From assembly GCA_963628465.1 (NCBI GenBank), contig CAVGEW010000040.1, forward strand, positions 4,539 to 68,538: DNA of 64,000 nt. Direction: 5' to 3'. The notes below the pieces were generated by a model. It was not told where the DNA came from and did no database searches. It saw nothing but the letters and a program-made list of their open reading frames with translations. The number at the start of each line of letters is the position of its first letter. Within the stretch, counting starts at the first letter, position 1. The DNA is from Agathobacter sp. (lineage in GTDB: Bacteria > Bacillota_I > Bacilli_A > RF39 > UBA660). This document shows, one piece after another, positions 59,647 through 64,000 of this stretch. A program made the translations under genes and the position numbers.

Positions 59647-60325
59647 GTTTATAACCTAACCCCCTAACAGTTTTGATATAGTCCGGCTTTGCTGGATTAT
59701 CCTCAATCTTACCCCTTATATTTGAGATATGAACCATCATTGTATTATCATCAGTATCATAATAATCGCCATTAATGCATTCATATATTTGACTTTTTGT
59801 AAAAACTTTACCTGGTGATTTCATCATCATAGACAAAATCTTCATTTCCGTTGAAGTAAGAGGCACTATTTTATCATTTTTCTTAAATACATATTTATTT
59901 AAATCTAAAGAAAGTTCACCAACATGTATTGTGCCTAATTCATCACCTAAAGACTTATATTCAGAGCACCTTCTAAGTATTGCTTTTACATAAGCCACTA
60001 ACTCCAAAGGATTAAAAGGCTTAGTTATATAAGCATCAGCCCCGATATCTAGACCCAAAACTTTATCACTATCCATATTTTTCGCCGAAGTAATAATAAT
60101 AGGCACATTACTTATTTTCCTTATTTCTTTAATAAGTTCATAACCATTTAAACCAGGCATCATTATATCGGCGATAACTAAATCATATTCATTTTTATTA
60201 AAACTTTCTAAAGCATGAATTCCATCATAAAAACAAGATACAATAAATTCATTACTTTCTAAATAAAGTTTTAAAAGTTCTACGATGTCTTTGTCATCTT
60301 CCGCAATTAAGATTTTATTTTGCAT
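59624..60325 (-). CDS. OmpR-family response regulator
   Basis: REC 'ILIAEDD...VIADIMMPGLNGY', winged-helix C-terminus 'IKTVRGLGYKL'. Confidence 0.85.
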   Translation of the reverse strand: MQNKILIAEDDKDIVELLKLYLESNEFIVSCFYDGIHALESFNKNEYDLVIADIMMPGLNGYELIKEIRKISNVPIIITSAKNMDSDKVLGLDIGADAYITKPFNPLELVAYVKAILRRCSEYKSLGDELGTIHVGELSLDLNKYVFKKNDKIVPLTSTEMKILSMMMKSPGKVFTKSQIYECINGDYYDTDDNTMMVHISNIRGKIEDNPAKPDYIKTVRGLGYKLENKEEL

Positions 60326-60407
60326 AAATAATCCTCCTTAAATCAATATGAGTATAGCATACTATTGACACTTTTTCAAACATTAGAAAAGAATGCTTTT
60401 AGCATTC

Positions 60408-62663
60408 TTATAACTTAAATTGTGAATTATATAAATCGGCATAGAAGCCATTTTGTTTCATAAGTTGTTCATGATTTCCCTGTTCTATAATATTACCATT
60501 ATTCATAACAAGTATTAAATCTGCATTTTTTATTGTGGATAATCGGTGGGCAATTATAAATGATGTCTTACCCTCGGTTAATTTATCCATCGCTTTTTGA
60601 ACTAATTCCTCAGTTCTTGTATCAACATTACTTGTGGCTTCATCAAGTATTAAAAATGGAGCATCTTGAAGCATACCACGAGCAATAGTTAGTAGTTGTC
60701 TTTGTCCTGCAGAAACAGAATCATTATCACTTAAAATAGTGTTATATCCATCAGGCAAAGTCTTTATAAAATGATCTAGACCCACTGTTTTACAAACCGC
60801 TTTGACATCCTTTTCATTTACACCGGTTGTATTATAAATAATATTATCTTTGATAGAACCATTAAATATCCAAGTGTCTTGAAGAACCATAGTAAATAAG
60901 CTATGAATATTTTCTCTAGTTAACTCTTTCGTGGAAATTCCATCAATAAGTATTTCTCCATGATTAATATCATAAAACTTCATAAGTAAATTTACCATTG
61001 TTGTTTTACCTGCTCCAGTTGGACCTACGATGGCAATTTTTTGCCCCGCCTTAGCTTTAGCACTAAAATTATTTATTGTTGGTTTATCATTACCTTCGTA
61101 TTTAAAATCTACATTTTTAAATTCAATATTACCTTTCACAGCCTTTTTATCTAAAACTTTTGTAAATTTTGATTCATCTGCCATTTCTTTTTCATCTAAG
61201 AATTCAAAAACTCTTTCACTAGCGGCCGCAGTTGATTGAAGACTTGTCATAGCTTGAGCAATTTGAGAAAGTGGTGACACAAATAATCTAACATAAACAA
61301 TGAAAGCAACGATTACACCAAAACTAATATAACCATTTAAGGCAAGACTTGCGCCAACAATACAAACTGCTACATAACCAAAGTTACCAATAAAGCCCAT
61401 CATAGGCATCATAAGACCTGATAAAAACTCACTTTTCCAATTGGCTTTATATAACTTATCATTTAATTTATCAAATTTTTCATTAGAAACTTTTTGTCCA
61501 TTATAAGTTTTAACAACGTTAAGCCCTGAATAAACTTCTTCAATGTGACCATTTAAATTACCAAGTTCATTTTGCTTAGCTACGAAATATTTTTGTGATT
61601 TACTAAGAACTAAAGCCATAAATATAAAACCAAATAAACTTGCTACAATCGCCGTAATTGCCATAACTACATTAGTAACAAACATCATAATCGTAGTACC
61701 TACAAACAAAGTAATTGCACTAACTAAAGTAGACAATGATTGATTCATTGATTGAGCAATCATATCTACATCATTAGTTACTCTAGATAAAGTATCACCC
61801 ACAGAATGTTTATCAAAATACCAAAGTGGCAATTTATTTATTTTACTAGAAATATCTCCTCGTAATTTCCTTGCAAAATTATTAGAAACATCACACATAA
61901 ATATAGCTTCAAAATAATTAAATATAGCACTTATCAAATAAATACATACAAGCCATATTGTAATTGTTTTAATTTTATCAATATTCATATAAGGCTCTAT
62001 AACTGTCTTTACCGAATCAGGCACCTTATCTATTTGCGCATATATTTTAGCTGCATCAGCATCTTTATCCATAGAACTTAATATAACAAGAAAATCTCTT
62101 TGTTCTAAAGAACTTATCTTAGTTCCATCTATTTCCATTTCCACAAATAACTTATTAGCTATACTATCAGGTATAACTAAATCACCGTTTAAACTCTTTA
62201 CAAAAGTAATTGTATCTTCATCTAAATATAAAACATTTAACACACTATCAGGTAAACTAGCTAAACCCTTTATTATTTCTTCTTGACTAGCGTCTTTTAA
62301 AGATTGTAAAAAATTATTTAATTTTAATACATCTTCTTTAGGCATATTAGATGCAGCCATTGCTTTAGCAATGCTCTCATCATCAAAAGATATAATCTTA
62401 CGTATATTTTCCTCATTAAACTGAGCAGTTACTTTATTGGACAATTCTTCAAATACATCTTTTTTAAGAACTAATCCGGCGGATATTTCATCGGTTAAAT
62501 CAGATAAAATATTCGGAGTTACAATTGTAAGAATCGCTCCAAGGGTAGCTAATACTAAAGAAGTTATTATTAAATTTTTAAAACCAGATAATTCTTTAAT
62601 TAATCTTTTTATAGCCCCTTTAAAGTCTTTGGCTTTTTCAGCGCTTCTATTTGGTTTTGGCAT
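60408..62663 (-). CDS. ABC exporter, fused permease/ATPase half-transporter with extended N-terminal region
   Basis: 6 TM plus NBD. Walker A 'GPTGAGKTT', signature 'VSAGQRQLL', 'ILDEATSNVD'. Confidence 0.85.
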   Translation of the reverse strand: MPKPNRSAEKAKDFKGAIKRLIKELSGFKNLIITSLVLATLGAILTIVTPNILSDLTDEISAGLVLKKDVFEELSNKVTAQFNEENIRKIISFDDESIAKAMAASNMPKEDVLKLNNFLQSLKDASQEEIIKGLASLPDSVLNVLYLDEDTITFVKSLNGDLVIPDSIANKLFVEMEIDGTKISSLEQRDFLVILSSMDKDADAAKIYAQIDKVPDSVKTVIEPYMNIDKIKTITIWLVCIYLISAIFNYFEAIFMCDVSNNFARKLRGDISSKINKLPLWYFDKHSVGDTLSRVTNDVDMIAQSMNQSLSTLVSAITLFVGTTIMMFVTNVVMAITAIVASLFGFIFMALVLSKSQKYFVAKQNELGNLNGHIEEVYSGLNVVKTYNGQKVSNEKFDKLNDKLYKANWKSEFLSGLMMPMMGFIGNFGYVAVCIVGASLALNGYISFGVIVAFIVYVRLFVSPLSQIAQAMTSLQSTAAASERVFEFLDEKEMADESKFTKVLDKKAVKGNIEFKNVDFKYEGNDKPTINNFSAKAKAGQKIAIVGPTGAGKTTMVNLLMKFYDINHGEILIDGISTKELTRENIHSLFTMVLQDTWIFNGSIKDNIIYNTTGVNEKDVKAVCKTVGLDHFIKTLPDGYNTILSDNDSVSAGQRQLLTIARGMLQDAPFLILDEATSNVDTRTEELVQKAMDKLTEGKTSFIIAHRLSTIKNADLILVMNNGNIIEQGNHEQLMKQNGFYADLYNSQFKL

Positions 62664-64000
62664 TTTCTAATTCCTCCTTCGAAAGTTGTGATAAAGCTAT
62701 CTCTTTATAAACATCACAATTTTTAAGTAGTTCTTCATGTGTCCCAATCCCCACGGATTTTCCGTTATCAAGAACTATTATTTTATCTGCATTTAAAATT
62801 GTACCTATTCTTTGGGCTACTATCAAACTAGTGGCATCTTTTGTGTATTTTTTAAGCTCGCTTCGCAAAATGGCATCAGTTTTATAATCAAGAGCTGAGA
62901 AAGAATCATCAAATATATATATTTCTGGATTTTTAGCAATAGCTCTTGCAATTGCTAATCTTTGTTTTTGACCACCAGAGATATTTGTTCCACTTTGAGC
63001 TATATGCGATTTGTATCCATCATCCATCTTAGATACAAAATCATCAGCTTGAGCTACCACAGACGCTTCTTTTATCTTTTTATTAGTAATTTTTTCTAAA
63101 GATTCACCGTAAGAAATATTAAAGTTTACATCCCCATTAAACATTACAGCCTTTTGAGGGACATAACCAATAAGCTTATACAAATAATCTAGTTTATAAT
63201 CTTTAATATTTATCCCATCAATAAATATTTCTCCATCAGTTGCATCATAAAATCTGACAATTAAATTAACTAAAGTAGATTTTCCTGAACCCGTTGAGCC
63301 TATGAACGCTACAGTATCCCCTTTATTTGCTTTAAAAGATATATTTTTTAAAACATATTCCTCAGCATCAGGGTATTTAAACGAAACGTTCTTAAACTCT
63401 ATCGTACCTACTTCTTTCTTTTCCTCTAAATATCCATCTTCAATAGATACTTTAGTATCAAAAACTTCATTTATTCTTGCTGCAGAAACTTGTGCTCTTG
63501 GTAATATCATAAAAATCATTGCAAGCATTAAAAATGACATAATAATTTGCATCGCATAAGAAGAAAATACTACCATATCTCCAAATAAAGCAATTTTATC
63601 TACCATTAAAGCGTCCTTAATTAAATAAGCACCAATAAAATATATTACAAGGGTAAGCATGTACATAATTAAATACATAACCGGTGACATAATAGACATA
63701 GATTTTTGATTAAATAATTGCAAATTAGTTAAACTATCGTTTACATCTTTAAATTTTGCTTCTTGATAATCTTCCGCATTAAAGGCTCTCACTACCCTAA
63801 TGCCTGTAAGGTTTTCTCTTGTTACTTCATTTAATTTATCCGTTAGCTTTTGAACAATTTTAAACTTAGGTAAGACAACTACCGTTAAAGTACCAATCAC
63901 CATAAGCAAAATTACAACTGCTATACCTGTTACAGCACTCCATTGCCAACTCTTATTAAGAATCTTCGTAATAGCCCAAATGGCCATAACTGGCGCTTTA
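62647..64000 (-). CDS. ABC exporter half-transporter (N-terminus beyond window end)
   Basis: The frame stays open to the window edge. TM region plus NBD: 'GSTGSGKSTL', 'ISGGQKQRLAIARA', 'IFDDSFSALD'. Confidence 0.8.
   Translation of the reverse strand, partial: KAPVMAIWAITKILNKSWQWSAVTGIAVVILLMVIGTLTVVVLPKFKIVQKLTDKLNEVTRENLTGIRVVRAFNAEDYQEAKFKDVNDSLTNLQLFNQKSMSIMSPVMYLIMYMLTLVIYFIGAYLIKDALMVDKIALFGDMVVFSSYAMQIIMSFLMLAMIFMILPRAQVSAARINEVFDTKVSIEDGYLEEKKEVGTIEFKNVSFKYPDAEEYVLKNISFKANKGDTVAFIGSTGSGKSTLVNLIVRFYDATDGEIFIDGINIKDYKLDYLYKLIGYVPQKAVMFNGDVNFNISYGESLEKITNKKIKEASVVAQADDFVSKMDDGYKSHIAQSGTNISGGQKQRLAIARAIAKNPEIYIFDDSFSALDYKTDAILRSELKKYTKDATSLIVAQRIGTILNADKIIVLDNGKSVGIGTHEELLKNCDVYKEIALSQLSKEELENAKTK

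Overview
Low-GC (about 28%) Firmicutes-type chromosomal segment, read directly from sequence. Most genes are on the minus strand and fall into three blocks.

**Housekeeping block (1-36.8 kb).** Lon (5'-truncated at the window edge), a ZIP metal transporter, TrmB, a ClpC-like ATPase, endonuclease III, DnaD, the CCA enzyme, an SsuABC-type ABC importer, an SDR, UvrA, YihY, a GGDEF-domain protein, LigA, a nucleotidyltransferase, PcrA, a cysteine desulfurase, a DUF3800 protein, FtsW/RodA and CsaA. Interspersed are sporulation-associated small genes: Cse60 (missed by the ORF track), YutD and YjcZ.

**Pilus-like operon (37.4-49.5 kb).** A tRNA-Met(CAT) with its own promoter and terminator is followed by a 330-bp gene-free spacer. 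Then comes a 12-kb, 17-gene, co-directional minus-strand operon that I interpret as an atypical Tad/Flp-like (type IVc-related) pilus or secretion system. It contains:
- a VirB11/CpaF-family ATPase;
- two GspF/TadB-C-like membrane proteins;
- two CpaB/SAF-like proteins;
- a CpaE/TadZ-like protein with a degenerate Walker A;
- two TadE-like pseudopilin paralogs;
- two 80-86 aa pilin-like paralogs with identical 'MKEATGELNMTV' N-termini and Cys-rich tails;
- two 2-TM small proteins with Cys-rich tails;
- a 1070-aa Cys-rich secreted protein translationally coupled to a membrane-anchored partner.
No prepilin peptidase lies in the window. This is the best candidate for an undescribed system.

**Sporulation and cell-envelope block (49.6-64 kb).** A minimal spoVAC-spoVAD-spoVAEb operon is preceded by a STAS (SpoIIAA-like) protein and a sigma-F/G-like sigma factor with no anti-sigma kinase gene between them. 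tRNA-Leu(CAA) follows, then a cell-envelope cluster: a cohesin-domain membrane protein, a dockerin-bearing putative peptidoglycan hydrolase and a GH25 muramidase. The window ends with a histidine kinase, a response regulator and two ABC exporter half-transporter genes, the last truncated at the window end.

**Other points.** There is a degenerate GGDEF motif, an AlbA_2-like pseudogene, a consensus sigma-A promoter driving a small Cys-rich protein, and two promoter-plus-terminator-bounded candidate sRNAs. No CRISPR array, rRNA or obvious transposase was seen.
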